IMG/VR virus record: IMGVR_UViG_3300023174_000074
Coordinates: 32,001-96,000 of that record
Length of the DNA stretch: 64,000 bases
Direction: 5' to 3' (one strand)
Origin: a virus
Under the pieces are notes generated by a model that made no database searches, was not told the origin of the DNA, and worked only from the letters and a program-made list of their open reading frames with translations. How positions within the stretch are numbered: position 1 is the stretch's first letter; each line of letters begins with the position of its first letter. The position numbers were made by a program, and so were the translations under genes. This document shows positions 17,796-27,757 of the stretch, one piece after another.

Positions 17796-20153
17796 ATGAG
17801 AATAGCACAAATAACCCCCGGAATAATACAGATTCCACCAAATGGATGGGGAGCAGTAGAAAAGATAATCTGGGAATATACAAAGGTATTAAGAAGACTC
17901 GGACATGGGGTCGAAATCATTTATACTGATGATGTTAAACCAGGAGAGTGGGATATCGTTCACGTACATGTGGCCAACCTAGCTTTATTACTAAAGGAGA
18001 GAGGAATACCTTATGTGTTTTCACATCACGATCATCATGCTTATTATCTAGGGAAAGACTCTGAAGTTTATAGACAAAATCTAGAAGCTATAAAAGGATC
18101 AGTTCTATCTTTTGTACATGCTAAATATCTTATAGATTATTTTGGATCATTACCACAATTAAGATATCTTAGCCATGGGGCTAATCTTAAGGATTATTAT
18201 TTTGAAGACAGGTCTATCGATCTTCTTGATAATGGACCAAGCCTAATTATGATGGCAAACAATGGTTTACTTGTAGATCCTTTATTTGATAGAAAGGGAT
18301 TCATACCAGGAATAGAATGCGCTAGCATATTAGATCTTCCGATTACTATAATCTGTCCTAGTAAAAATAACAAAGAGTTCTTTGAGAAGAATGCAGGCGT
18401 TGCTTCGTACCGTAAGCTAAATGTGATCTACGACATGAATTATGAAGATTCACTAGCAGAGATGAGAAAGCACCATGTCTTTTTGAATCCTGGAGCTATT
18501 GAGGCTGGGCATCCAAATCTAACAGTTACCGAAAGTATCGCCATGGGTATTCCTGTAGTTGGACTAATGGAATCTAATTTAAGAGGGATGAAAAGAATAG
18601 AGTCTGCAGATACTAAAGATTTAGTAGATGGAGTTGAAGAAGTTCTACAAAAGTATTCTCAGTATGTTCTAGAGTGTAGGGATCAAAGAAGCTTAATATC
18701 ATGGGAGGTTGTCGTTTCGAGAATGCTTATGGATTACGCATCATTTGGTAAGATATCTCAGAAGGATCTCATACTCAACGATTATAGGGGCATACCGAAA
18801 AGAATAGAAAAGAAGGAGGATCACGGATTCTACTCTTGGTTTAAAAGAGATCCGCATTTTTATAAATGCTCATATCCAGAAGGTGAAGGCCAAGCTATAT
18901 TTTTCAGAGATGCTAGAACTGGATCAATTAAATCTTTTCTTAATGTAGGTAAAAGTAAAAGAGCATGGTCAACCGTTCCCGATGATCGAGCTAAGTACAT
19001 TGATTGGGAAATAGTTATAAAAGACGGATCTGATGTTCTTAAAACTATTAAGATGGATTTAAGCAATCAGCATGTTCTGATCGAGGATGGAAACATAAGA
19101 AGAAATGACATCAAGGACATTATCAAGGACTTTGTGTCTTTGACTAAGTGCATTCCTTCGATATCTGAAAAGTCTAAATACTTAGAGGATATTCATATCC
19201 CGCATTTTAAATATAGCGGTGATGATGAATCTGGTTTTTATAGGGTTTTAAATACAGATCAGATCATATCTTTCTTTAGTCCCAATTATGTTAAGGATAA
19301 TAATCCGCTTATAATTTTAAAAACTTCGGCACTGGGAGACACTATATCTTTCATGCCTTATGCAGACGAATATGCTAGAAGACTAGGAATTAAATGTGAC
19401 GTGGTCAGTAACTTTGGATTTCTCTATGAAGATTTATATCAGAATGTGAACACAATACAGATGCCGACTGATTTAAGCACGTATACTGACATTATATGCT
19501 GTGACTATATCTATGACTTGCCTTTACAATTAGGCTTTGCTAAACAGCTAGGATTAGCCGATATGGGCAAGATCAGACCTCGGTTAAAGAAGTCTGGTAA
19601 GTCATCTCCTCTGAATAAGAAATATGTTTGCTTTTCCAGCCATAGTACTGCACAGGCTAAGCACTGGAACAATAACAATTCTTGGGAAAAGCTATGTGAT
19701 ATGCTACAGAAGAAAGGTCTTGTCCCTGTTTGCATAGATCGATATTACAGCTTTGGTAGCGAGGGTAATTGGAACGAGATTCCTAAGAACTGTATGAATA
19801 AGACCGGCATGGATCTTACTGAAATGATGCACTGGATCGAACACTGCGAATTCTTTGTTGGCCTTTCTAGTGGGCTTTCTTGGGTAGCACATGCACTAGA
19901 CAAAAAGGTGGTTGTGATATCGGGAGTAACCACAAAGGACAATGAATTTGATGATGATTGCATTAGAATCCATAGAGATGACGTTTGTAATTCCTGCTTT
20001 AATACACCCGAAAGATTCCCATTTGACCCGGGTGATTGGTTTTGGTGTCCAGTACACAAAGGAACAGCCAGACAATTTGAGTGCACCAAGAGAATCTCTG
20101 CAAAACAGGTTATGGATGCGATAGATTCTAGGGGCTGGTCAAAAATAAAGTAG
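17796..20153 (+). CDS. GT4-like glycosyltransferase fused to Aah/TibC-type heptosyltransferase domain
   Basis: GWGAVEK, EAGHPNLT; SALGDT, GLSSGLSW, CNSC...WCP...FECT four-Cys motif. Confidence 0.8.
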   Translation: MRIAQITPGIIQIPPNGWGAVEKIIWEYTKVLRRLGHGVEIIYTDDVKPGEWDIVHVHVANLALLLKERGIPYVFSHHDHHAYYLGKDSEVYRQNLEAIKGSVLSFVHAKYLIDYFGSLPQLRYLSHGANLKDYYFEDRSIDLLDNGPSLIMMANNGLLVDPLFDRKGFIPGIECASILDLPITIICPSKNNKEFFEKNAGVASYRKLNVIYDMNYEDSLAEMRKHHVFLNPGAIEAGHPNLTVTESIAMGIPVVGLMESNLRGMKRIESADTKDLVDGVEEVLQKYSQYVLECRDQRSLISWEVVVSRMLMDYASFGKISQKDLILNDYRGIPKRIEKKEDHGFYSWFKRDPHFYKCSYPEGEGQAIFFRDARTGSIKSFLNVGKSKRAWSTVPDDRAKYIDWEIVIKDGSDVLKTIKMDLSNQHVLIEDGNIRRNDIKDIIKDFVSLTKCIPSISEKSKYLEDIHIPHFKYSGDDESGFYRVLNTDQIISFFSPNYVKDNNPLIILKTSALGDTISFMPYADEYARRLGIKCDVVSNFGFLYEDLYQNVNTIQMPTDLSTYTDIICCDYIYDLPLQLGFAKQLGLADMGKIRPRLKKSGKSSPLNKKYVCFSSHSTAQAKHWNNNNSWEKLCDMLQKKGLVPVCIDRYYSFGSEGNWNEIPKNCMNKTGMDLTEMMHWIEHCEFFVGLSSGLSWVAHALDKKVVVISGVTTKDNEFDDDCIRIHRDDVCNSCFNTPERFPFDPGDWFWCPVHKGTARQFECTKRISAKQVMDAIDSRGWSKIK

Positions 20154-20189
20154 GCTCACCGAGGATAAATAGTAGTAAAAAAAACGTTA

Positions 20190-20771
20190 ATGAAAAAATT
20201 AATATTACTATTATTACCGACCTTAGTATTTGGTCAGAAACTTAGAGAGTCGGTTAAGGTAAAAACACCGATATATGAAGTAATATATAATGAAAAATTA
20301 GAGCAGCCAACTTGGATCAAGTACACGGTTCAATGCCCGGCAGGAACAGCTTCTAGAACAGGTATTGACTTTTACACCAATGATTCTATTAAAACTTCAG
20401 ATGCAGCTGATTACGTGAATAATGTCTATGATAAAGGCCATTTAGCTCCAGCAGCTGATTTTAATTGCACCAAAGAGCTTTTATATCAAACTTTTAGCTA
20501 CTTAAACTGCGCTTTACAGAATCAATACCTAAATAGAGGAGTATGGAGAATGCTAGAAGAACATGAAAGAGAATTGGCTAAGACTGAAAAGGTTACTGTT
20601 ACTATAACCCTTGTTTTTGATAAAAAATCGATCTTATTGCCATCAGGAGCCACTGTACCTAGTGGATTTTATAAAACAATCCACTTAAAAAAGTCTAAAA
20701 AGACGATAAAGTATTATTTTCCTAATGAGGCCCCGGTTAAGTCTAAATACACCGAATACATAATTAAATAA
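20190..20771 (+). CDS. secreted DNA/RNA non-specific endonuclease (NucA/EndA family)
   Basis: signal peptide; YDKGHLAPAAD, LNRGVWRMLEE. Confidence 0.88.
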   Translation: MKKLILLLLPTLVFGQKLRESVKVKTPIYEVIYNEKLEQPTWIKYTVQCPAGTASRTGIDFYTNDSIKTSDAADYVNNVYDKGHLAPAADFNCTKELLYQTFSYLNCALQNQYLNRGVWRMLEEHERELAKTEKVTVTITLVFDKKSILLPSGATVPSGFYKTIHLKKSKKTIKYYFPNEAPVKSKYTEYIIK

Positions 20772-20810
20772 ACGAAAAGGATATATACATAAACATAAAA
20801 AACACAGAAA

Positions 20811-21224
20811 ATGGAAAGAATAGTATCATTTGAAGACTTTAAGAAAAAAGCTATGGAAATAGCGGAGGACGACAACATGGAGGGAGGACAAGAAAAACAA
20901 CACTACATGTTTTTCGCAAACTTAACTTCCATCAAACATTACATAGAAGAGATTCTTAAAATGGATCCAGGAGAAGTTGATAAACACCTTAAGAATGGTC
21001 ACGATTGGGCTGCTGATCATATTGCTACTTCTAAAGACGATATTCAAGAAGTTGCTGATTGGATCAGAAACGAAATGGAAGGTGAAGGATCATCCGAAGA
21101 ATCAGGAGAAGAATCAGGAGAAGAATCAGGAGAAGAAATGATCGAACCAGAAAACATAGAAGTTGAAGTAGAAGACGAGGAAAAACCCGAAGAAGACGAA
21201 GAGGGTGAAGAAGACGAAGACTAA
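20811..21224 (+). CDS. acidic hypothetical protein (putative virion protein)
   Basis: MERIVSFEDF N-terminus; GATATATA upstream; EESG x3. Confidence 0.65.
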   Translation: MERIVSFEDFKKKAMEIAEDDNMEGGQEKQHYMFFANLTSIKHYIEEILKMDPGEVDKHLKNGHDWAADHIATSKDDIQEVADWIRNEMEGEGSSEESGEESGEESGEEMIEPENIEVEVEDEEKPEEDEEGEEDED

Positions 21225-21243
21225 TTAAAATCAGATAATATTT

Positions 21244-21273
21244 AAAGCCAGATATAACTATCTGGCTTTTTTT
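21244..21273 (+). terminator. Rho-independent terminator
   Basis: AGCCAGATA/TATCTGGCT plus T run. Confidence 0.75.
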
Positions 21274-21319
21274 GTGGAACTTTGTACCGATAGAGTTCTA
21301 TGAAAAATAAATCATTTTT

Positions 21320-21955
21320 ATGGAAATAGGATTCGCAGAAAGCTTTGGTGATAGCATCAAAAAATTAATAAGACACAACACATGGTGGTATAAAACCTAC
21401 TCGCTCTTCAGATACGACATTCCAAGATTTTTGAAGAATGTTTGGAAATTCAGAAAGCCCCTAGCAAATCACTACTGGTGGGATCATCATGCTTTACTAG
21501 AGTTCATGGAAATTGGATTAGCCGATATGGGGGACAAGATGGAAAAGTATGGAATGGAGGTTGACATCAGCAGGCTCAAAAAAGTTAAAGCTATGAAGAG
21601 AGCTGCAGAGCTTATTAGGAACTATAATGAGGATCTTTATATCGAAATGGCAGAGGCAGAATTAGGTGAGGTTATACACCGCGAATGGGAATTTGAAGAA
21701 GTAGAGGATAAACCCGGGTATTCAAGATTAGTTGATAACGAAACCGAAGAAGAGAAGGTCCACAACAGAAAGGTATTTGAAAGATCTAGGGAAATAGGTG
21801 AGCAAGAATGGAAAGAACTCTGGAGGATCTTACAAGGGCAAGAGAATGAGGGATATCAGAAAATATTCAAATCTCTGGCAGAGGAAGAGAAAAAAGAGGA
21901 AGATCACTACTATAAATGGTTTGACGGAACGGATCTTCGTGGATGGTGGGATTAA
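21320..21955 (+). CDS. hypothetical phage protein (C-terminal WWD)
   Basis: 211 aa ORF. Confidence 0.7.
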   Translation: MEIGFAESFGDSIKKLIRHNTWWYKTYSLFRYDIPRFLKNVWKFRKPLANHYWWDHHALLEFMEIGLADMGDKMEKYGMEVDISRLKKVKAMKRAAELIRNYNEDLYIEMAEAELGEVIHREWEFEEVEDKPGYSRLVDNETEEEKVHNRKVFERSREIGEQEWKELWRILQGQENEGYQKIFKSLAEEEKKEEDHYYKWFDGTDLRGWWD

Positions 21956-21964
21956 ATAATAGAC

Positions 21965-22570
21965 ATGTCTGATATTAAGCACACTGAAAAAACAATACAG
22001 AAGAATCTGGAGAAAAGATTCGATAGCGGAAATATTAAATACACCGCAGGGAATCTTTATCTCTTCAAGGACGACTGGGAAACCGATTTTTTGGTAGTTC
22101 AGAAAAGCGGGTACTGCTATGAGATAGAAATAAAAATAAGCAGATCTGATTTCTTCAATGATTTTAAAAAGAAGAATAAGCACCTTATACTGAATGAGGG
22201 TATCTTCATGAAGAAAAAGTATAAATACCACACTGATCAGGTAACAAAAAAAAGAATATCTGAGCATTACTACGGCCCAATAGAATGGAAATTCAGGCCA
22301 AATAAGTTTTATTATTGCGTTCCTGAGGGATTGGTTAAAAAAGAAGAAGTCCCAGATTATGCCGGGTTAATGTACGTAAGTTCTTATGGTGTGGTTACTA
22401 CTATAAAGGAGCCAAGATTTTTACACAAAGAAAAAATTGAACTAACAAAAAAACTTTGCGATAAATTCTATCACTATTGGAAAAACACGAGGTGCAGTCT
22501 CAGATTACTTGAGGATCAGAATAAACTATATGAAGCTCAAATAAAAAATTTAAAAGAATCCAGTGTTTAA
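21965..22570 (+). CDS. PD-(D/E)XK nuclease-like protein (MmcB-like)
   Basis: ETDFL...EIEIKISRSDFFNDFKK, PNKFYYCVP. Confidence 0.7.
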   Translation: MSDIKHTEKTIQKNLEKRFDSGNIKYTAGNLYLFKDDWETDFLVVQKSGYCYEIEIKISRSDFFNDFKKKNKHLILNEGIFMKKKYKYHTDQVTKKRISEHYYGPIEWKFRPNKFYYCVPEGLVKKEEVPDYAGLMYVSSYGVVTTIKEPRFLHKEKIELTKKLCDKFYHYWKNTRCSLRLLEDQNKLYEAQIKNLKESSV

Positions 22571-22602
22571 TTTTTTAATCCCGTGATTGGTTATTACATT
22601 TG
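22571..22602 (+). promoter_or_regulatory. putative early promoter Tn-CCG-N11-TACATTTG
   Basis: conserved motif. Confidence 0.7.
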
Positions 22603-22609
22603 TAAAAAG

Positions 22610-22942
22610 ATGGAAGAAAAGAGTAGAAAGAAAAAGGTTACCACAATCAATAAGATAGTTAAGGAATATAAAGATGCTACCACAAAGGAAATTTGGGAGG
22701 GGGTAAGGGATAACTTTCTTTTTGGATTTATCGGAGCTACACTTGTGGTTTTTATATCAACAAGGGTTGATTTTGCGGTATTGATTGGATATCTTGTTTA
22801 TTATTCTTATATGGGGCGAATCGTAAATAGGCCCAAGTATGTAACGGATTTAGGCAAGCTAATAGTTTTCCCCTTCCCGTCAGCTTTAGGTGCATTTACC
22901 GGATATAAGATATCATATTTACTAGTCAATTATCTATCATAA
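22610..22942 (+). CDS. membrane protein
   Basis: three hydrophobic segments. Confidence 0.65.
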   Translation: MEEKSRKKKVTTINKIVKEYKDATTKEIWEGVRDNFLFGFIGATLVVFISTRVDFAVLIGYLVYYSYMGRIVNRPKYVTDLGKLIVFPFPSALGAFTGYKISYLLVNYLS

Positions 22943-22943
22943 A

Positions 22944-23681
22944 ATGTTAATAAAAAATCAAACCCCTTATTTAGGAAAGATCAAATTGAAATTTGAAAAG
23001 TCACCCTGGTATTCTTCAGGAAACAACAAACTTAATAAAATCCACTTAAATCTGGGATTCACTAAGTTGGTCTCTAGGATTTATATTAGAAGGGATCTTA
23101 ATGGGTTTATTTCTGATCCCGAGAAGGTTAAACTCATTAATCTGTATACTGGAGGAATTATAGGAGAGCATAAATTCAATAATGACGAATACATTTTAGA
23201 AAACTCGTTTCTAGCTCCAGATGGAACATATCTAGGTGATCTGTCCGATGGATGGAGATATTACAAAAATCTGATGATTGTAACTCTGAAAAAACCGAAT
23301 GGAGTTGCTTTACTTTTAGAAAAAAATTTTTTCCATATCCCTTCTGGAAGAAAGGGTGTGGTTGAAGATTATTTTTTATCTTTTGTAAAGGGATATTATG
23401 GATATAGCCACAGAGGTGGAAACACATTTAGATTAGGCGACAGGTTATTTGATGAAAATTACGTTCCTGTTGAATCTGATTACATTAAGAAAGAGTGGGA
23501 CAAGTATAAAAAATTAGCTAATAAGGCGGAGATCAGAAACAGAAAAGACGGATGGCTAAAGGATGGTGACGCGTTTGAAATAGCATCGATTATACCATTT
23601 AATAGAAGAGGAAAGATAACGATAAGTACATGGGGAGAAGCTGAACAAGCCGCTATCAACATGTCAAATTATTTAAGCTAA
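22944..23681 (+). CDS. hypothetical phage protein
   Basis: YGYSHRG motif. Confidence 0.65.
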   Translation: MLIKNQTPYLGKIKLKFEKSPWYSSGNNKLNKIHLNLGFTKLVSRIYIRRDLNGFISDPEKVKLINLYTGGIIGEHKFNNDEYILENSFLAPDGTYLGDLSDGWRYYKNLMIVTLKKPNGVALLLEKNFFHIPSGRKGVVEDYFLSFVKGYYGYSHRGGNTFRLGDRLFDENYVPVESDYIKKEWDKYKKLANKAEIRNRKDGWLKDGDAFEIASIIPFNRRGKITISTWGEAEQAAINMSNYLS

Positions 23682-23731
23682 ACGAAACTAAACAATATTT
23701 AAAAATATAAAATAATATAATCTAAAATAAA

Positions 23732-24718
23732 ATGAAAACCAGGGAAATTGGGAAAAGAGTAAGGGAAAAACTAGGTCTGCAGGAAGACATTGGGATAGAG
23801 TTTAATGAAGTTGATTACCATCACATTTTAGAAGATGAAGAAAAAAAGATGGATTTTGATCAATGGTCTGTGATGGGAGACGGGAGTTATCTCCCAGCAC
23901 CAAAGGCTGAAAAACGACTCCCTGCAGGTCTATATGAATTTGAATGGAGTAACCGGGCTAATGAGTGGTGTGTAATGAGACAAGCCATTAACACCGACGA
24001 GCTATACGAGCTACCAACTGCAGAAATTGGGGAGATTCTAACCGATATAAAAGCATTCTGGAAAAAGGCAGAGCTCTATAAATCATATAAGCTTATGCAC
24101 AAAAGGGGTATTCTTTTATACGGCGATCCCGGATGTGGTAAATCAGGCATTTTACAGCTTTGTATGATCCACATCATCAGAGAGTTATCTGGGATTGTTA
24201 TTAATATCAAAAACGAAGACTCAATTAAAGCATATATTGAAATGGTTCCTAAATTAAGACAGATTGAACCAGATAGACCCCTTGTCGTTATGATAGAAGA
24301 TATTGATAGCGTTGCAGGGGATAGCAATTATTCAACTTCTGTTTTGCTTAATATACTTGACGGAATTAAGCAAATTGAAAATGTTGTCTACATAGCAACT
24401 ACAAACTACCCAGAAAAATTAGAAGAGAGAATCACAAATAGACCTTCTCGTTTTGATAGGAGATATTACGTGGCTCCTCCTTCTAGAGAAGTAAGAAAAT
24501 CTTATCTTTTAAATAAGATAGGGGAGAATAAAATTACAATCGATATCGAAAAATGGTTAGATGATACAGCGGATCTCTCGATGTCTCATTTAAAGGAGCT
24601 ATTTATTTCTGTTGTTTTATTAGATAATAAATACGAGAATGCAATAGAACATCTAAAAGGAATGAAAAAAACACCAAGAGGAAAAAATCAAAAACAAGTT
24701 GGGTTCACTTCATATTAA
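23732..24718 (+). CDS. AAA+ ATPase
   Basis: GDPGCGKS, IEDID, TTNYPE, RPSRFDR. Confidence 0.9.
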   Translation: MKTREIGKRVREKLGLQEDIGIEFNEVDYHHILEDEEKKMDFDQWSVMGDGSYLPAPKAEKRLPAGLYEFEWSNRANEWCVMRQAINTDELYELPTAEIGEILTDIKAFWKKAELYKSYKLMHKRGILLYGDPGCGKSGILQLCMIHIIRELSGIVINIKNEDSIKAYIEMVPKLRQIEPDRPLVVMIEDIDSVAGDSNYSTSVLLNILDGIKQIENVVYIATTNYPEKLEERITNRPSRFDRRYYVAPPSREVRKSYLLNKIGENKITIDIEKWLDDTADLSMSHLKELFISVVLLDNKYENAIEHLKGMKKTPRGKNQKQVGFTSY

Positions 24719-24872
24719 ATATGAAAAACAGGGATCACATACTAATAAGAATAGCGAGAAATATAGCTGATATCAATCACCAACGAGCTAAAAAATTGTT
24801 ATTTAAAGTATTAGAGACACATATTGAATCATGGTGGAATTAAAAATATCATAAAATTTTTGATATTGAATA

Positions 24873-24963
24873 TAACGGTGGCGATTGGCGAAGTAAAAGC
24901 CTTGCACTACCGTTGATGTTCAGCACTACACTTGATGGCTTTTATTTTGCCAATTGCGTGTTA
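24873..24963 (-). repeat. orphan attC-like site A
   Basis: TAAC-GGTG-GCGATTGGCGAAGTAAAAGCC...GGCTTTTATTTTGCCAATTGC-GT-GTTA. Confidence 0.8.
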
Positions 24964-25015
24964 GCGGTTCGGGCTTCTCCGCTTTTAGAAGTCCAAAATT
25001 TAATAACAAAAAAAA

Positions 25016-25246
25016 ATGAAAAGAGAATTTAATGTTTACAAAAGTTGGTTCGCTGGATTTAGAGCAAAAGATTTGTTTCCAATATTCAGTTTTACCAAAA
25101 ATGTTCAAGGCTGGTTTTTTACTCGTGTATGGTCATTGAATTGGTTTACTTACGCTTTGTCGTTTAGTTTGACAAAAACAAGCGATTTGAACGAAGATAG
25201 AAGTTTGTCACACGAGAAAAATGTCAAACGGTATATGCTGTCTTAG
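25016..25246 (+). CDS. cassette-encoded hypothetical protein
   Basis: inside GTTAGCGGTTCGGGC...GCCTGACCGCTAAC. Confidence 0.6.
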   Translation: MKREFNVYKSWFAGFRAKDLFPIFSFTKNVQGWFFTRVWSLNWFTYALSFSLTKTSDLNEDRSLSHEKNVKRYMLS

Positions 25247-25255
25247 CCTGACCGC

Positions 25256-25304
25256 TAACGGATTGCAGCTATGCGCTCGTTTTAATGGCGCATAGGTGCT
25301 GTTA
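25256..25304 (-). repeat. orphan attC-like site B
   Basis: TAAC-GGATT-GCAGCTATGCGC...GCGCATAGGTGC-T-GTTA. Confidence 0.8.
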
Positions 25305-25339
25305 TGTGATGTGCTTTTATTAACCGAAAATAAATTATT

Positions 25340-25678
25340 ATGAACAAATCAATAGAAATAACCGATTGTAAAAACAGGACACCGGAACAGGTTGTGCTGG
25401 GTTATAAAACGGCATTGGTTGAAGATGTGTTTCATCAAGGTATGAAAAAAACAGCAATGCAACAACTAATTGATGAAATAGTTGAACATCTTACTTATGA
25501 TGATGATTTAACTGATGATAATAGAACAACTCTTGAAACTATTAGATTGAGATGTTTAGGAAAATTATCAATGGAGAAAGATCAAATAATTAACACCTTT
25601 AAAGATGCGCAAGTTTTTAAAGTTATGAATGATGAAACAAGAGCAGAACAATACTACTACAAAATATATGGAAAATAA
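25340..25678 (+). CDS. hypothetical protein (possibly chimeric; internal MKKTAMQ start)
   Basis: ORF. Confidence 0.55.
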   Translation: MNKSIEITDCKNRTPEQVVLGYKTALVEDVFHQGMKKTAMQQLIDEIVEHLTYDDDLTDDNRTTLETIRLRCLGKLSMEKDQIINTFKDAQVFKVMNDETRAEQYYYKIYGK

Positions 25679-25886
25679 CATAGAAACAATTGCAAAAAGA
25701 TATTGGGAAATATACAACTCTTTTGAAGGACAAACCCATTTAATTGATGTAGAAATGGAAGTAATTAATATGTTAGCAGAAGAGTTATTCTACAATGGGA
25801 ATATGGATAACATGCCAAAAGTATTAACTCATATGTATTTTTTAGGAAAAATTAATCAACAATTTGAAAAAGAAAATGGACAATAG
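25629..25886 (+). CDS. hypothetical protein
   Basis: ORF. Confidence 0.55.
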   Translation: MMKQEQNNTTTKYMENNIETIAKRYWEIYNSFEGQTHLIDVEMEVINMLAEELFYNGNMDNMPKVLTHMYFLGKINQQFEKENGQ

Positions 25887-26295
25887 AAAAACCGCAATGC
25901 AAGAATTGTTTGATAATTTAGAATCAATTGATATAAAAGTACCAATTGGAGTTAAACAAATATTCCTTGAAAAAGAGAAAGAGCAAATAGCTGACACTTT
26001 CTACTCAGGTTATGAAGATAGAGATTTGTTCCAACACGGACATGATTATTACGATAAAATGTATGAAAGAAACGGTTGGCAAGGTATTATATTTCTTGGA
26101 GAAGTTGATGATGTAAAAATCTATTATGATAGTTATCATCCTGAACAAACATTGACAGTTGAATTAAATGAAGATAAAACGGAAATGGTTTATATCATTA
26201 GTCCGTATGATGATATTGAAATATTTGATGGAATTAAAAAAAATATTATTGTATCTGAAAAACCGACCACACTAGAAAAAACAATTAAAATATGA
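25876..26295 (+). CDS. hypothetical protein, paralog of 27119-27541
   Basis: near-identical sequence. Confidence 0.7.
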   Translation: MDNRKTAMQELFDNLESIDIKVPIGVKQIFLEKEKEQIADTFYSGYEDRDLFQHGHDYYDKMYERNGWQGIIFLGEVDDVKIYYDSYHPEQTLTVELNEDKTEMVYIISPYDDIEIFDGIKKNIIVSEKPTTLEKTIKI

Positions 26296-26702
26296 ACAAA
26301 AAAGAAATCATCAAAAAATGGAAAAAAAGCGGTCTATTAGATAACCTTACTAAAATGGATAAAGATAGTCCGATGTTAAAAGTTATTGAATCAATTAAAG
26401 AACAACGAATAAACGAATTTCCAAATATAGAACCAATGAATAAAGTAAACGAGGCTGGTTACAATGAATCAACCAAATTTGGTCCTTCAGAAAACAACCC
26501 ACCATACATCTCAGACGACTTTCAAATAGGTCCTGATGGTGCCTATGAACACAATGAAATAGTTCATATACAACAACAGTTAATCGATTTGTTATACTCA
26601 CAAGTAATAGACTTATCAATGATGTCTAAAATTGAATTAGGTGATAATGTCATTGCTGAGATTAAACGATTAAAATCTATTATAGATGAAAAGACTACTT
26701 AG
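26292..26702 (+). CDS. hypothetical protein
   Basis: ORF. Confidence 0.55.
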   Translation: MNKKEIIKKWKKSGLLDNLTKMDKDSPMLKVIESIKEQRINEFPNIEPMNKVNEAGYNESTKFGPSENNPPYISDDFQIGPDGAYEHNEIVHIQQQLIDLLYSQVIDLSMMSKIELGDNVIAEIKRLKSIIDEKTT

Positions 26703-26877
26703 AATTATTATTGGACTTCCGCTATGTCCAGTTCCGATGTTTTTAGGAACTTGGATATGGCTATTTTCAAACACTAAAGATTCATGGATAGAGAGTATTG
26801 GGTATCTTACTTGGAATTTAGCATCGGGAGATTGGGATAAATTACCAGAATAAAAACAATTAAAATAAAAAATAAAC

Positions 26878-27108
26878 ATGGCAGATTTTTCAAAACAATG
26901 GTGTGAAATTAATGATACTAGTATGCCTAGTGATTTCGACATTTTAGAAGAGGCAAATAATATTAAACCTAATCATTATATTCCTATGATATGTGAAGGA
27001 TATGGTTTTGTAGCAATAGGTAAAGATGAGCATGATGATATTATATTAGCATTTAAAGATAATGAAGGTAATATTAAATGGGAAACTTATAACAGCGTTA
27101 TTAAATAA
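26878..27108 (+). CDS. hypothetical protein
   Basis: MADFSKQWC...ICEGYG. Confidence 0.65.
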   Translation: MADFSKQWCEINDTSMPSDFDILEEANNIKPNHYIPMICEGYGFVAIGKDEHDDIILAFKDNEGNIKWETYNSVIK

Positions 27109-27118
27109 AACAAAAATT

Positions 27119-27541
27119 ATGGACAATAGAAAAACATCAATGCAAGAATTGTTTGATAATTTACAAGCAATTGATATATCTGTACCAAATGGAGTTAAAC
27201 AAATATTCATTGAAAAAGAAAAACAACAAATAGAAGATGCTTTTTACTCAGGTTATGAGGATAGAGATTTGTTTAAACATGGTGATGATTACTACAATAA
27301 AATGTATGAAAAAAATGGTTGGCAAGGTATTATATTTCTTGGAGAAGTTGATGATGTAAAAATATACTATGATAGTTATCATCCTGACCAAACGCTGACA
27401 GTTGAATTAAATGAAGATAAAACGGAAATGGTTTATATCATTAGTCCGTATGATGATATTGAAATATTTGATGGAATTAAAAAAAATATTATTGTATCTG
27501 AAAAGCCAACTACATTGGAAAAAATAATTACAAATGAATAA
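27119..27541 (+). CDS. hypothetical protein, paralog of 25876-26295
   Basis: near-identical sequence. Confidence 0.7.
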   Translation: MDNRKTSMQELFDNLQAIDISVPNGVKQIFIEKEKQQIEDAFYSGYEDRDLFKHGDDYYNKMYEKNGWQGIIFLGEVDDVKIYYDSYHPDQTLTVELNEDKTEMVYIISPYDDIEIFDGIKKNIIVSEKPTTLEKIITNE

Positions 27542-27755
27542 TCTAGATAACAAACTACCCTGTCAAAAAGAATATGTTTTTGACAACAGAGAAGTTAAAA
27601 CCTCATTACCCGGGGCTGAACTATCTGATGTTGATAGTTTGAAATATTTTTTTCAAAAATACATATCTTCAGTTGAAAATACAAAACCAAGTCAAAGTAT
27701 GGCGAATATACTGAAAGCATGGATTGATATTATACAGCAAAAATCAAATAAATAA
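27534..27755 (+). CDS. hypothetical protein
   Basis: ORF. Confidence 0.5.
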   Translation: MNNLDNKLPCQKEYVFDNREVKTSLPGAELSDVDSLKYFFQKYISSVENTKPSQSMANILKAWIDIIQQKSNK

Positions 27756-27757
27756 AA

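Noticed and set aside
21097-21137. GAAGAATCAGGA tandem repeat
   Set aside because: Low-complexity coding repeat (EESG) in an acidic tail.
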